Shown piece by piece: positions 45,547 to 59,700 of a DNA stretch of 64,000 nucleotides. The stretch is from Catajapyx aquilonaris (lineage: Eukaryota): contig KZ538047.1 of NCBI GenBank assembly GCA_000934665.2, positions 1 to 64,000 on the forward strand. Direction: 5' to 3'. The notes beneath the pieces are model-generated. The model saw only the letters and a program-made list of their open reading frames with translations. It had not been told where the DNA came from and did no database searches. Numbering within the stretch: position 1 is the stretch's first letter; every line of letters begins with the position of its first letter. The position numbers and the translations under genes were made by a program.

Positions 45547-48500
45547 CACAGCTGTTTAAATTAAATTGAGTGCAATGTGTGGAGCGAATATGCACTATTC
45601 AGAGGGGAAATAATATGCTTGAAGCAAGCGAATTTCTCCGAAGTTCCTGCGGTGCAAGTAAGGCAGAGGTGCAGGGAAAAAATTGGTCGAGCATATTCCA
45701 GAGACAGCAAAGACACAGTCGGAGTGGGCGCCAACTCAGCATCAAAGGGATAGAAAAAGAAAAGAAAAAGTTCTCCGCGGCAAACGTTGGTCAGCAAGCA
45801 CAGCGGCTAGAAATTCCAATTAGGTTGGGTCCTTTGCACCAAGCAAAAGGGGGGACGATACGTCTACGATTACGTCCAGTTTCGGTTCCAAAAAAAAAAC
45901 AGCTCTGGAATTCACCAGAGAGCTAGACAAAAAAAAATCAGGTGTATAGAATTCCAAAATGGATTATCCGGCAGAGAAATAGGAACAGTCTGCAGGAGCT
46001 TGCATCGCATAATTTATGCGTCCGTCGTCCTACACCAGTTTTCATTGTTTGGATCCCCAGCAGCCAGGGGATAATGAATATTCCATAATTTGTCTTTGGC
46101 TTTGTGCCTTTGTATGATGGGGGGAAAGCGACTCTAGCCTCAGATGTATACATACACCGGATGTACAGAAACTAGTCGTGTACGGTCATACTATAAATTG
46201 TATACAAGAAGTATGGCTGTCAAAACATGGCCGGCACTAATTATTATCTTAATTTCTGAACATAATTGAGGTTGCCAATGAAGGAGCTCATTACTCGGTG
46301 ATGTCCTAATTGAGAAATGTCCGGTCGACAAACTTCAAATGAAAGCATGATTGCACGGTCTGGCTACGAAGGAAGTTCTTATCGCCAGTTTTTTTTTAAT
46401 AATATAAAAAATATATTTTTTCCTGCCCTTATCGCTTGCCCATGCGATCAAAGCGTGTAAGTTGGATCCGGCAGGACTTTAACAGACTCTCCGCCTTGAT
46501 TAATAGCCTTGGCTTAATTATTGCGTGCATAAAAGGAAGGAATCCCGATAGTAAACATGCGGTTTGCACAGTAAGCTGGGCCAGAGATAATTTTCGTCGG
46601 AGGAAGTCTTCTGAAATTTTTGGAGGGTTAAACGAGGTGAAATTTTAGTATGTATACGTATGTTTTTGAAATTGTCGTATAGGTTGATGTGCTATAGTTA
46701 ACAATATCACAAATTATTTTCTCTGATAAGAATGGAGTGGAATTTTCTAACTATTAGAAGTTACCAATACTACTAAAATATATAGCAAGGGGATTAAAAT
46801 TCCATCCCATGTTTTTTTTTCTTCTTCCTACGAATTGAGGGAAAGTCAACATGATGTTGACTAATACAGAATGTAGGTAAGGGTCGGAAAAGCATCACAA
46901 GGAGAGAGAAAAAAAGGAGGTTACTGCAGATCGATCGTGGCGTTTGGGATGTTTAAGAATAGCGCGAATGTGAAATATGAGTGTGGAAATATCATCTATC
47001 ACCGAATGGTTTAAGGCTTTCTGAGAGCACGAACCTTGTACCACCCGCCTTCCAGCCACAGCAGGGAAAATCAGAGATGACAAACTGGCATAGGCCTATA
47101 CCTTTAACTCCCTCCTGTATGTATATGTTGCCTCCCAGCGACTGATATAGGCCACCAAAGCCAAACAACTCTATAGTTTTACCTTGGGGGCTCAGTAACA
47201 AGAGCTGCTTAGAGAAACATAGCTCATTTATTTGTTATAAGTAGGAAAATATTAGCTATCTGCATTATATGGATAGTGAAACTTCGGGAGATACGTTGCT
47301 TTTTTTTTCTTCTTTCAACAGAGCAAAGGAAATGTTCTTGGAGCGTACTGTTTGCTGAAAGATTCTCTCGGAACATCGAAAAAGTGTGCAGGAGCAAGGC
47401 CGCTGGACGTAATTTTCTCCAGGAAGAGAAACAACTGAGGCAGCTCACTGCCAGCTTTATCAAATAAAATAATGCTGTAATACAAAACGAAACTTCCCTC
47501 CCGTCCATTTATATTTTTCTCTCTCTCTCTCTCTCTTCCTTTTTCTTTCCTGCTGCCTACTCCTTTTTTTTAGGTTTCTTTTCCTGTTGTGTCTTGGGAA
47601 GGGTAGGGTGGGTCTTCCTTCAGCCAGTTTTTGGAGGTAGGGTTCGTGACTTGGATAGGAAGTGAACTGACCGTGCTCGGCTGGATGCACAGGAGACCCC
47701 CTTCCAGACGCCTCGTCACCCACATCTTTCTCGCTCCAACGAACCCAAACCCGAATTAAAGCTAGGACCACCCCTCCAACTGGATCTATGTGCCCTTACC
47801 AATTTTTGACATCTTAACTCTCGAGTCATACCTCCTGTTGCGGACATTTAAAAAAAAATACATGCTAAATATTCGATTGCACATTAATATATTCATAGCA
47901 AACTGCAGTGTTCAGGATTCTAGCGTCTAACTTTTTTTTTTGGAAGTCACTGGGGCATATCCTTACGTCACGAAGTCATATGTATGCGCGACCTGGAGAA
48001 GGAAGGTTGTATGTACGTTTCTAGACTTCACAAGGTAGAATGGATTTTTTTTAAAAAAAGAGGATGTTTTTGTTCCGTGTTGAGGATTTCAATGCAGGTG
48101 GAGATTATTTTGCAGGAGTGGAAACCACTGCATTCCCTTAGGCTGAGACATTTTTTTTCTTTGCAAAAGTAATAACACCCATGCAGAAGTTGATATGTAG
48201 TGTACTGGAACTGGATTGTGAATAATTTAGTAAAAAGTAACACGTGAAAATGTTTTACAATAATTAGTTGGGCTAAAGTGGAAAGTTCCTCTTTTTTGAG
48301 GTGGGTATATAGCTTCCTCTCAAGAAATGCTGACATGTACAAAAACTGGTACAAAGGAAAGAAAAGGGTGGGCAAAATTGATATGGCACACGAACTACTG
48401 GTGGGCCAATCAGGAAAGAAAGAAAAAGCGAGGTATCGTTCGGTGCGTTACAAAAGGCTCTCAGGAGGCAATACCTGGCTTTCCTTCTTAAAAGGAAGTT

Positions 48501-51500
48501 CTGCTGGCCAGTAATGAACGTGGAAATCAATGTCTATATAGGCTCACCATTTCTACTGAGTAGGCTGCAACCATCGAAACCATTGGCACACTTGGATAAA
48601 ATACGTCGTAATAAAGCCTCCAAACTAATTACGGAAGTTTTCATGTCCCTGTTAATAAAATGTGATGGATTTATGAATTACTGAATATCTCACAGATGCA
48701 GATATATTCATCTTGAGTTAGATATTGATAAAGTCACCATCATTCATGCACTCTATACCTTCAATGAACAACCAATATCTCTCAAAGTTCAGGACAGCAA
48801 AAAATTAATGAAAATATTGACTCGTTATTAGGTCTTACGCGCGCATTCCTGACAAAATTGGCGTCTGTCGTATATGCCTGCTGATATTGGGGGCTAATCC
48901 ACGTTAAAGGTATAATTGCGGAACGATCGATCAGAAGTTAGCTTTCCCGTTGGAACTAAAGTCACAAGTGGATGACGGTTCCACTATAACTGCTGACCTA
49001 TAGGCTGACTAAAGGTGTTTTGTTATATACTATACGAACATTATACCATTATAGTATTTCCGCGCCACATTTCTGTACAGTAGGCTATAAATTAACATAA
49101 ACTTCTTTAAGATGGAAAATATTTGCAGAAAGGTGATATTCCATTACGGACAGATTTTGCTGTACAAAAATCACTGCTATGTGCTCTGCTCTGTGCCTTA
49201 TTAGAGGTTCCTTAGCCTTTTGACAATTCTTAATAACCTCTTCTATCTCTATATTTCTTTTCTTAGATTGAGAAGTCTCCTTGACATAAATCAACGTGCA
49301 GACTGCTGTACTGTACATTTGTTTAAAAAAAGACATCTACTATAAGCAGTACTAATTTATTCACTCTAACTAAGCTACAGGATTAAGCTTCCTGACATTT
49401 TGAAGTGCAATATTTTCGTTGCTATATGTGCAGCACTGTTAGAAACTTGGTATGACTCCTTTTCATTACCAATCGCAAAGGAAAAGCCATAGCTCCGTCA
49501 TAGGTCTTAGCGCAATAAAAAGCCCTAATGCTGGAAATTGCCTTCAGACCAGTGGTAGGGGGGTTTTGAAGCAATGTTAGCGGCAAAGTGTCATGCAGCC
49601 TTCAATATCCGTAACCATAAAGTGGGATTTCGCTCGTTGGCGGAAAGCCGTATTGGAGATCTCAATCAATATCAATATCTGTCACGGCAGCGTCTGAAAG
49701 TTTTCGGTGTATGTAATAGGCGAGAGAAATCTCGGAAGATTACAGCACTTTTGCATTACGAATGATTCCTCCGGCAGATATGTGCGCGGAGGGGAAAGAA
49801 TTTCACAGAACAAATTCAGGAAGAAAGACGGAAAGAATATTCTCATTGCCAGAATAATATGTAAGACCACATCATTTAAAACCGTACACAAGTGAATTGA
49901 GAATACAGTGCACAGTGTTTAAGACTTTCAGAGACTCAAAAGGAAATTGAACTCTTGGGCTCCATCGTTTTGTTCCTTACATATTTTAAGAACGTTCCAC
50001 TCATCTGCACTCTTCCATTTTAATCGAGGAGAATCAACCATGCATGCGGATAGTGAGACGGCGTCTCGTTTCGACATAAATGGTCTTATCTGGTGGTAAT
50101 AACACGGTTGAGATCATCATTTTGCATTTTAAAACGAGAATGGGAGTCGTATCGCCTCGGAACGAGCTCACAGAGAAAAAGGAAAAAAAGGCGCACTGCA
50201 GTCGCCAATTTAATGGGCAAGAATATACGATACAATGCTAATGGAATCGAATTCGGTGGTGTACCTCGACGGTCCTCAACGTTAAAGTTTTACTGCAGTC
50301 GTGTCCCATCTAAAATAACGAAGGTGGTGAGTAGAGAGATAATTAGGCTCTGATTTATAGGATTCAGCCGAGAATTAAACTGCAGTAATTCTAATTTGGC
50401 GACAACCGATGGAATTACAATACTGACAAAAATACAACAGCAGAAATTTCTGAGATGCTTTACCATGCTTCTGATGCATCTATTGGATTGAAATCTAGCC
50501 CCGTAAAATAAAAGAGACGGAAATGTGGAAACCTGGTTTTCGCGATGAAAAAAAAAATGACGATTTGAACAATATGTTAAGAACGTTCACAAATCACTTA
50601 GGCTGCAACGATGTCCTTTAGAGGCACTTCTTTCTTTATGACGCCTCATAACGCTCAAGTTGGCGTTTCCTCTTCCCGCTCTCTTTCCTTATGGCGCTGA
50701 GTAGGCGAAAACTATTGAGCCCGAGGACACCAGCACGTGGGTCGGAACCTGGGAAAATATACAGCGGCTTCAAAAATATGTCATCAAAAGGAAGGCAAAT
50801 GTATCAAGTCACACTGTGCAATTCATCGCTACAAAAATTCCTTCTAGTCGCACGCTCTTTCTCCGCTTCCAAAAATCATATACGTCTTATTTTCCTTTGG
50901 GTTTGAATCCAATTTGAAAAGGGGAAAAAAACGAAGACGTTTGAATGGGAATATGTCAAAGTATTCATATCAATAAAAAGTTCAGTGCCAAGTCTTTTTT
51001 GAGCAACTGACACTTTGAATTTAGCAGTCAGCTTAATATTATTATTATTTTTGTAGCCAGCAGGCACGAATGTTTTGCTTTTGTTGCTGGCATTTTATTC
51101 GTAATAAAAATATTTTTGTATTTTGCGTCTCCAGTTGATATGACATGGCATGAATTGCTCATGTGGAGAATTGATATGCAGTATGCTCTGTGACAGGGCG
51201 AAACGCCGGCAATATTCATGTCGTATAAACAACATTCAGTGCCGTGCAGAATAGTTGACTTAAATATTGCATTACTACCAGGCAGGTAAATACAAAGGGC
51301 TACACACAAAAATTATTAACATGGAATCATATTTTAGAAGAATTAAAAAGCAAAAATGGAAACTGCTGAATACCAATTGATCAATGAAATTTTTCTTCAG
51401 CAGAAATCCGAAATATTAGCTAAAATGTGTATTTTGATCCCTTTTCTTTTGACCCATTCGTCTAATGCTGAAGATGTCTGCATTGAGTATACCGCAGGTG

Positions 51501-53731
51501 CGCATTTTCATATTATGTTCACCACGAACTATATATTTCTTGGTGGGTGAGACCAAGTGCAGTATATATGCCCCCCCCCCCCCCTATCTGCAATCATAAA
51601 AATCGCAACAGTCGCCTTGACTCCAAGGAAACCTATTCCCCGCGTAATTTTTCTTTCCCAGCAGGATGTCGTAATGCTGCTTGGCATGTTTATTGCGGAG
51701 ACAGAAGCCGTGTTCCTTCATTCTAAAATCTCGGTGGCTTTACGAGAGACGTCTCATGTCACTCGCCTTGCCTCCCAGGCGTAATCGGAACAGTCCCAAA
51801 TTCCTCCTCTTGGAATGCAAGCAAATGATAGGAACAAAGATAAGCCGACACAGAAACTATGTCACACCGCGCAGGCTTTGTCATCATTCTCATTAATAAC
51901 GTATCAGTGCGTATATACGATTTTATTGCACCTTCCCACTGAGTCTTTGTACCAGTTATTAGTTTCTGTGCTTTGTTAATTCGTATTGTCTCGACGGTAC
52001 CTTTACACTTGTGAATGGAATGAAATGTCAGCATTGTTTGCCAATTGCTGCGACAATGCGCACAAAGGTTTAGAAATAATGTTGCTTCAAGTAGTTATAA
52101 TACAGAAGTGTACTTTTACACTGTACGTTCCTTGCAGCTCCTTGCAACGAACGCTTTTCAGAGTATTCATCGGTGTGTGTGTTCCTAAGAGGGTAAATAC
52201 TCTTCCGCACTGTGTATGCCTACTCGTGCAGTATTGTACTGTATAAATTCAACAAGAGCGCAGGTCGATCCAGGCCATTTGTCGACATCCCCTGACAAAA
52301 CGTGGGCTTTTGATTCTGACTTTCCCTCGCATCCTGATGAAAGAGGATATTGCTCCTCCGGCTGATTACACGGAAGAAGCATCTGGAAAGTGACAAAACA
52401 GTCCATCAACAGCCCCCTCCCATCCAATAAAAACAAAAAAGACACACTAAAGCAGAAGAGGCTTTACTTACGGGGAGGCTTTCTCTTTACGAGGTAGGCG
52501 TACTCTATATCTATCCTCTTTTCTCTCTCTCTCACAGCAGCAGCATTGCCAGCAGCTTCTTTTTTCTCTATTTCTCTCGTGGAAGTCTGCTGCTGCTTCC
52601 AACAAACGAGGCAGTAGACGCTTCCGAGCGGGAAAGTAATGTCCGAATCGCCAATCAATCAACGTCCGCCTGAAGAATAAGGAGCAGGCCAATATTGGTG
52701 GCGCCTACTCGACCGCCAGCAGCTTTTCTCACTTCCCCCTTTATGTATTCCCTGCAATTTCCTCATTGTAATGGCAAAGGAGGTGGGGGCCGCACTGCAT
52801 AACTCACTTCAGGAAAAAGCCCCACTGGCAAAATGCGTCTCATGCAGAATAATGTCAGCAGGGTTTGTTCCCAAGCGAGGGACTACATTTTAGGAGGGTG
52901 GGCCATCGTTGTGTGTGTGTGCGGTGTGCGGTACTGCACCTTGGGAAGGGCTTCTGAGATTACAAGGATCATAAGCGCAAGTCCGCTCTCTCACGCTCGT
53001 GTTCATGTGCACACACTGCATGCAAACCGCGTAATACCCGTGTTAATGCGTGCACGTGTACTGAATACAGTCGCTGTGGCATAGCAACTTCCGTGCGGCC
53101 TCCTATTGTTGTATATAAATGAAAGAGAAGTTTACAATATGATGTGTACATCCCCGGGCCAATTACGCACTGTTATGATTAGCTGTCAATGCTGTTGTGT
53201 TATTGCAATTGCGCTATTTAAAATGGTGCAACAATCTATGGACGTGCGATACGAACCCAATTTTTTTTTACCGTACCGATAGTGAAAGTGAATATGGATG
53301 AATCTGTGCGTCATGTTAACAAGCACAGCATGATTTTGGGTGGCGCCGCGGAAAACGCGCGCGCAGATCCAGCTCCCAGAGAGAGAGAGAGGAACACACC
53401 CCTCTACCACCCACCCCCAAAATTTCCAGACAAGAGGCAGGCAGGGGTGGGCCTTGATGCCAGAACAGCTCCGGGTGCTGCAGCCGGAGCTTCTCTTCTC
53501 AACAGAAAACACTTTTCGTATACACCCCGAAGTGTTGTGAACGACATTGGAGAGATTTAAAAAAAAATCATGACGCGTGTGTGCAGATATTTGTCACGCG
53601 GTGTGACATCCCACGAGCCAAGTGTCGGATAAAAAAAAATACATATACATATTGAACTAAAAAAAGAGCTAAACCAGAATATTAGTCCTGGTCGTGATTT
53701 TCAGTGCGGGTTATTTTTCCAGCGAGATGCG

Positions 53732-53798
53732 ATGACGCTCACGACTTTCCTTGTCCTTGCGGGACTCTTGGGAGCTGTCACACGTTGCGAAGGACAAG
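53732..53798 (+). CDS. Signal-peptide first coding exon of a secreted or membrane protein gene continuing beyond the window (possible ALP paralogue)
   Basis: MTLTTFLVLAGLLGAVTRCEGQ + G, then strong CAAG|GTAAG donor (phase 1); hydrophobic core and small-residue cleavage region; CpG-rich upstream sequence. No second exon recognised up to 64000. Confidence 0.6.
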
Positions 53799-56700
53799 GT
53801 AAGCTGATTGTTATATTATGACAGGGTTATGTTGACTGAGAACCCACATTGCTGGTGGGTGCGGGTTGCCCGTACAACGTTAGTGAGATAAATGTTGATA
53901 GGTCCTATTAGGAGTCTCCCCCTAGCTAAATTGACAGCGTGTCTCTTTTCATGGGAGAAATGGCCTGGGTGCTGAATAGGGGTTGCCCGCGGGTCAGCAT
54001 CCCCATTTTATACCATTCAACGTTGGGTTGAATGACGCGGCGGGTACTTTTCCATACCCGATTCTCACGCTCTGGTTTATACAAGTTGGTCGGAGGGTTA
54101 AGCCATTTAGCCTATTCAGGAAACTTGTAGTAGTTTAGGTTGCCCCCCCGGAAATGTATACGCGTCCTGATTGCGCTTGTGAGTTACGCTGGTACATTGA
54201 GAAGGCGGAGTGACATGTTACTTTGAAGATAAGCAGCAACAAGACTATATATTTTGCAAACATCTATACAGTAGTGCAGGATAAAAAAATAATGGTTGAA
54301 ATTTATTTGCAATGGGCTGTGACTGAAATATTTGTGTTTGAAATGCGATGAATGTTTGTCAACACGTTTGCTATTTTCAAGCATCGATTAAGAGAGTGTT
54401 TATCAACGTAATAGAGCATGTTATAGCGAATCTATGTATTGGGACTATTTTTTTCACAAATATTGACAATGGGATTCCCGGTTGGGAAAATGGTCCGCTG
54501 ATTACATTAAATATTTTAATAGATAGAGAGAGTACAGCAGCAAAATGTTGATGAAGCTCGTCTTGCATTTTGGCAGATACACGAGTTTTTGCAAGCCTTA
54601 ATTTGGTAATTCGTTATACGTAATGACAAGAGAGGAAATAAAATTACTTTCTCAAGAGACAAAAAAATGTGCACATGCGCCAGGATTATACACAGTTAAT
54701 TCATTTTCTTATATATGTGAAGTTGGTCAGTTCTGTCCTTTGTTGTCATAACGCCTTTTCCATTAACAGCACGGATAGAATTGAAATGACGTTAAAAGTA
54801 CCGTACTAATCCCTCATTGCATTAAATAATTACGTGGATGTGCCGAGTGCTTTAGGTTTAGAGAATTATGACGTATTCTTTTATTCATACACTGAAGTTT
54901 GTATTCAGGTTCTCCTTCATCCTTCCTTCAATCAGAGGCTATCACACGAACCGTTATTTTCTGCGTGATTGATGAGTTCTACATAATACACGTCTAACAC
55001 AACGGTGTTTGATTAGTGTCCGATTATAGCTTCCATGGCATATGAGGAGATAACGTCATAATGTGGATAATCCATGCAAAACCGTCAAATGCATTTTTTT
55101 GGGGGTGCATACATGAATGAGGCCCCATGAACTCACCAGATGAAGTTAATGTTGAGGTAAGAAGAGGCATACCAAGTGCACAATAGGGCATAGTCGTCTT
55201 CAAAGAGGTTTCTCATAAGCGAACCGTCCCCGGTCCCTATTGTGCAGTGGGCTTCATCATGTGACGCATCTGGAAGGGTTGAATGGACCTTCTAACTCTG
55301 AATTTTGAGGGATTGTGTCCCGAGCAGTAATTACATCCTTTTTTTTTGCACTCTTGCCATCATGATTGGACACATCTGATGAGTCCGTCGCACATGAAGC
55401 CTGAGAAATTCTATATATACCTGACAGCCAGGTAACGCCCGTCAAACAACCAGGATTTAATTATGACTTACTGCAGTGCGTACATTTTGATCGACAGCAG
55501 GATGACACAAAATCCAACATGCCTGGGATCTCTCCACAAATATAGCACAGGTTGTTGGCGATGAGTGAAAAGTTTATTAAGCAGCACAGCCCCCCCAAAG
55601 TCGCAGAGCAGAAAGTGCCGAAATACCTGGAATTCTCCAGTGCTCGCCCGAGATACTCATTAGACACTTCTGAGTCGAGAATGTCTTCACTCAGAGCGTT
55701 TCCCCTGACTATAAATAGCGAAACAAATATAATATTTCCAACATTGCTCTTTCTCTCTCTGAACTTGAATAGCGTTATGAAGATTCTGGCACGCGTCCTC
55801 TTCCCAGTTCTTCCAAGTACAAATTTTGCTTCACGACCCGAGTCATTTTCGTTGAACTTGCAAGCAGGGTTGGCTCCGATAATCCAGGCTGTGGTAGAAA
55901 TGGCGCCTTGCCAATGCCTAAAGGTTCCTTTTTTCCATCTACTATAGGGCTACATATCTTCCAGAAAAATAAAAAATAAAATGAGAAACACACAGATATA
56001 TGCGACATTCACTTATTACTCTTGTTTTCTGAACCTTTTGCAAACCAAAGAGGAGGGTACACATTTTTTGGTCCATCAAATTAAAAGCATTTCATTACGT
56101 AATTAACATTTCGTGTTAGGTCAGAGAACCTTTTTTTTTCTTTTTGCCTCGTCATGCCTGGAGGGAACGGTATTTTTATGACATATTTGGGACTTTACGA
56201 GCCGGAAGAAAAAGAAATATGGTCTTATTTCGGGTGAGTATGATAATTTTTGATACGTATGAAAAAGTGAGGCAATTTACACTTTTTTTGTGGATGCGGT
56301 ACTCTCGGGACATTCATGCGTAGAGGTCATGGAGATTATGATGGAAGATTAAAATATCAAATCTGCATTAGTATTGTTAGTTGTAATGAGTCACATTTTT
56401 AACAATGGGCGTGCCCACACACCTGCAGTGATAAGGATTTTAATAATTCAAAAATGGCACGTAATTATAACTAAAAGGTTTATGCCATATTATAATTACA
56501 ATTATTATTGGCTGGAGGAAAACTTTTCGGCAGCAACTATTCCATCGTGGGTCGTGAATCATCTGATTTTTTTAAACCAGCAGATTCCCAAAGATTGAAG
56601 CGGTGCCGCCAAATAATGAATTTATGAAAATTAGCGTGCTATGAATCCAAAGCGTTCGAACGTTGTTAATGAAAATTTGAGCTCTTACATGCATTGCAGA

Positions 56701-59700
56701 TTTTGTTGGCCACCTTTCACAGCGTTGAGTTTGCATTTTGATCTAACGCTGAATTATGAAAGCGGAATTCATTTCCGATCAGAGTAGGAAAAAAAACAAC
56801 CAATCCACGCCATCGAACCTAATACTATTTTTTGGGGGACGGAAAAGCGGGAATGTTTGCGGTTCTAAAAAGTCAAGATTTTAAGCAAATTAATCAGTAC
56901 CTCGCCAGATGCCACTTTATGTAAAACTTACCATAGAATGCAGCAATTTCAATTTGAAACTGTAAAAAAAAGTAGGTTCCAGGTGTATAAAACAAAGAGT
57001 CAATGAACGGTTGTTGTGTGCCTGTTATAATGGCTTTATAATGCTTTATACTCCCTTGGCGTGCAGATTACTGGCTAGAATCCATTGACTGAGCGTGAAA
57101 TGGGCCGGAAATGTTTCATAATCCATCCCATAATTCACTCCCCTGAGAAGCCCCTTGTTAAACTGCAAGGTTTGGAGCTCTCGAACAAAAAGAGAGGGGG
57201 GCATATCTGAAATATTCTGTGGGCTAGAACAATAAGCCGGCCTAGAAAACTGCTTCCGACTCACACAAAAAACGAATTTTTTGGGGAGGGAAGTTAACAG
57301 CAACAATGCCTGTGGCTGCAGTGATTTATTTGAGCAAACATCTTGGTGTTTGGCTTACCGACCTTGCCTAGGTCGTATCAACTTGGCAGGCCCTTAACTT
57401 AAGGGTGAACTCGAGCGAAAGATGGTACGGATGATGAAAGGAACGTATGCCACTTGGCTCTCACTATACCGGATCGGCCACCAGATTTTGGCTCGAGCAC
57501 AAAAAGGTTAACAAAACAAAAGCCCCTGTCTCATGGACGGCGATTTTTTTTTTGTACCTGCTGGTTCACAATATAATTAGCGTTAGGTCAGGACACTCTG
57601 CGGAGTTCAAAAGCCTGGGCAATACTGTATATACCAAAGTCAAAAAGGTCATTACGGTGTAATAATAATTTTATTAATTAAAAGTTATGGATATGAAAGT
57701 TGATCGTCGAATGGATACCCCCAAAGAGGGTTAGAAGCTCAATTAGTTGTGGGTACACTGTCATTTTTCTGCCGACCAAAGTTTCTACAACATGTAGCCT
57801 CTAGTACATGTCACAGAAGTTAACCTCATATATCCCATTATTCACGATATTGGGGAAATATTACAGTATTTTATTGCAGTAGAAAAAAAAACATATCACA
57901 CCTCCTAGAGTTATGCAGTGCATGTTTTTGTCATGATTTCTCTAAAATCTATTTTTCACTCCCTGTACAACAAACATTCAGATTCAAGGCGCCCATTAAT
58001 TTAGTTGAAGTGGGTACTTGAAACACCGAATGAAAATATAACTTGCTGAAATCGTATATAGACAATGTAGGAGTTGAAGACACTTCACAAGTTCTCTTGT
58101 TGACAGTTTCGAGAGTCGAGAGTCACACTTAATGTCAGAAAGTGTTCCCTAAGAAAACCTGTTCCTCCCTAAAGAGGAGTAGCTTCCTGGTTTTTCGAGA
58201 GGGGGCCCCTCTTCCTTATTGGCGAGTCTTGATTGAATTCCTAAGAAAAGGGTAGGAAAAACAATCTCCTAACCCCTAGGAAATTTGTGCCTGATAGGAA
58301 AGGATTTCTCGATAGGGGATTGGCATCGGTCAATAAATTGATTCGGACCAGATGGGTGGAGTGGATAAGCCAAAGGTTTCGCCTCAAACTAACCTACTAT
58401 CCGATTCCTGATATAAGAAGAAGAAGAAAAAAAACTATCACGTTTCAGAGAAATTCTTCCATCGATCATATTTTGATGAATTGTCTTTTATTTCGCCTTC
58501 CCCCTTCAACCTAATATTAGCTTTTATTAGTCGGAGGTGACCGGTTACTAGCTGTAGCCATCCATCACTGCCTGATTAGAGCCTAACGAGAATAGCGGCC
58601 AGAGCTGTAAATTTAATGCACTCGCATTACTTTGGACAAATTTGCATGTTTATTACCCGTTCGGTGTCCTATTTACTGGACATAAATTCTGGCCCCATCT
58701 GTTGATTTTTGTGACAGGTTGTGTCCATGTCACTTACGCATTTAATCAGCGCCACTTAAATTTATTTTTTAAAAACCCTAGAGGAAGGACTGATGGGATT
58801 AAGAGTCTTCATTAAGGAAGAAGTGACTTCAATCGAGTTCGTTTTTATGCAAATGGGCAGGAAGGTCGTTTTATAGAGAGGTCTGGATTGCTTATTCTCA
58901 TAAACCATTTATAACATCTTTTCTCATTAGCAGCTGGGGCAACTCGGGCCCTCGGGGGGATTTATGTGAGAAACTGACGAGAAGCAACGTGACATCTTAT
59001 CAGAAGACTCTAGGGGAATTGAATACGGAACTATTTTCCTTTGGGCTTGCTCGTTTTTTTATTTAGTTTTATAAGCTCGAAAGTGGCTGCTTTGGTATGA
59101 ACTAGTGCGCAAGATCGAGTTAGTATGAATCGTTAATTAAATGAGATTTTAATTTATACGAGCCCATGTGCAATTTAATGAACACTTTGGCCACTGTAAG
59201 CCTCGTTATGAAAGTTGTTTCGTCCCCTGACTCTCTCATTGGGAGGAACAGATTTCGTGTAAAAGGTGATAAGGTCGAGGGCTTTATTCATGTGCGGAAG
59301 TAATAGCCGGGGCCTATTATTCAAAATATAGTGTTTGTTTGAGGTGGGGAATTAGGTCGCACCTTGCATATTATGCGCGGTGCTGTAAATTGCGACCTGA
59401 ACAATGTTGGCCTCTGATGCTTTTCAGTATGACAATATGATCCGGGTGTAAAAAGGGGATACAAATAACATTATAATGGGATTTAGATTATGCAAGCACG
59501 ATTTTTGTGTGTGTGCAGCATCTCATTACAAAATATAGCGTGAGCTGAATGTATGAGGTTACATTATATAGTATTTTTTCATGTCACAGAAAATACTAAA
59601 AATGTGTATTGCAACGCTGGCTCCTACACAGTAAATTAATATCTTGTTGATGGTTATGAATAATGAAATATTATGCAATCTTGGCAAAAAAAGCATTCCT

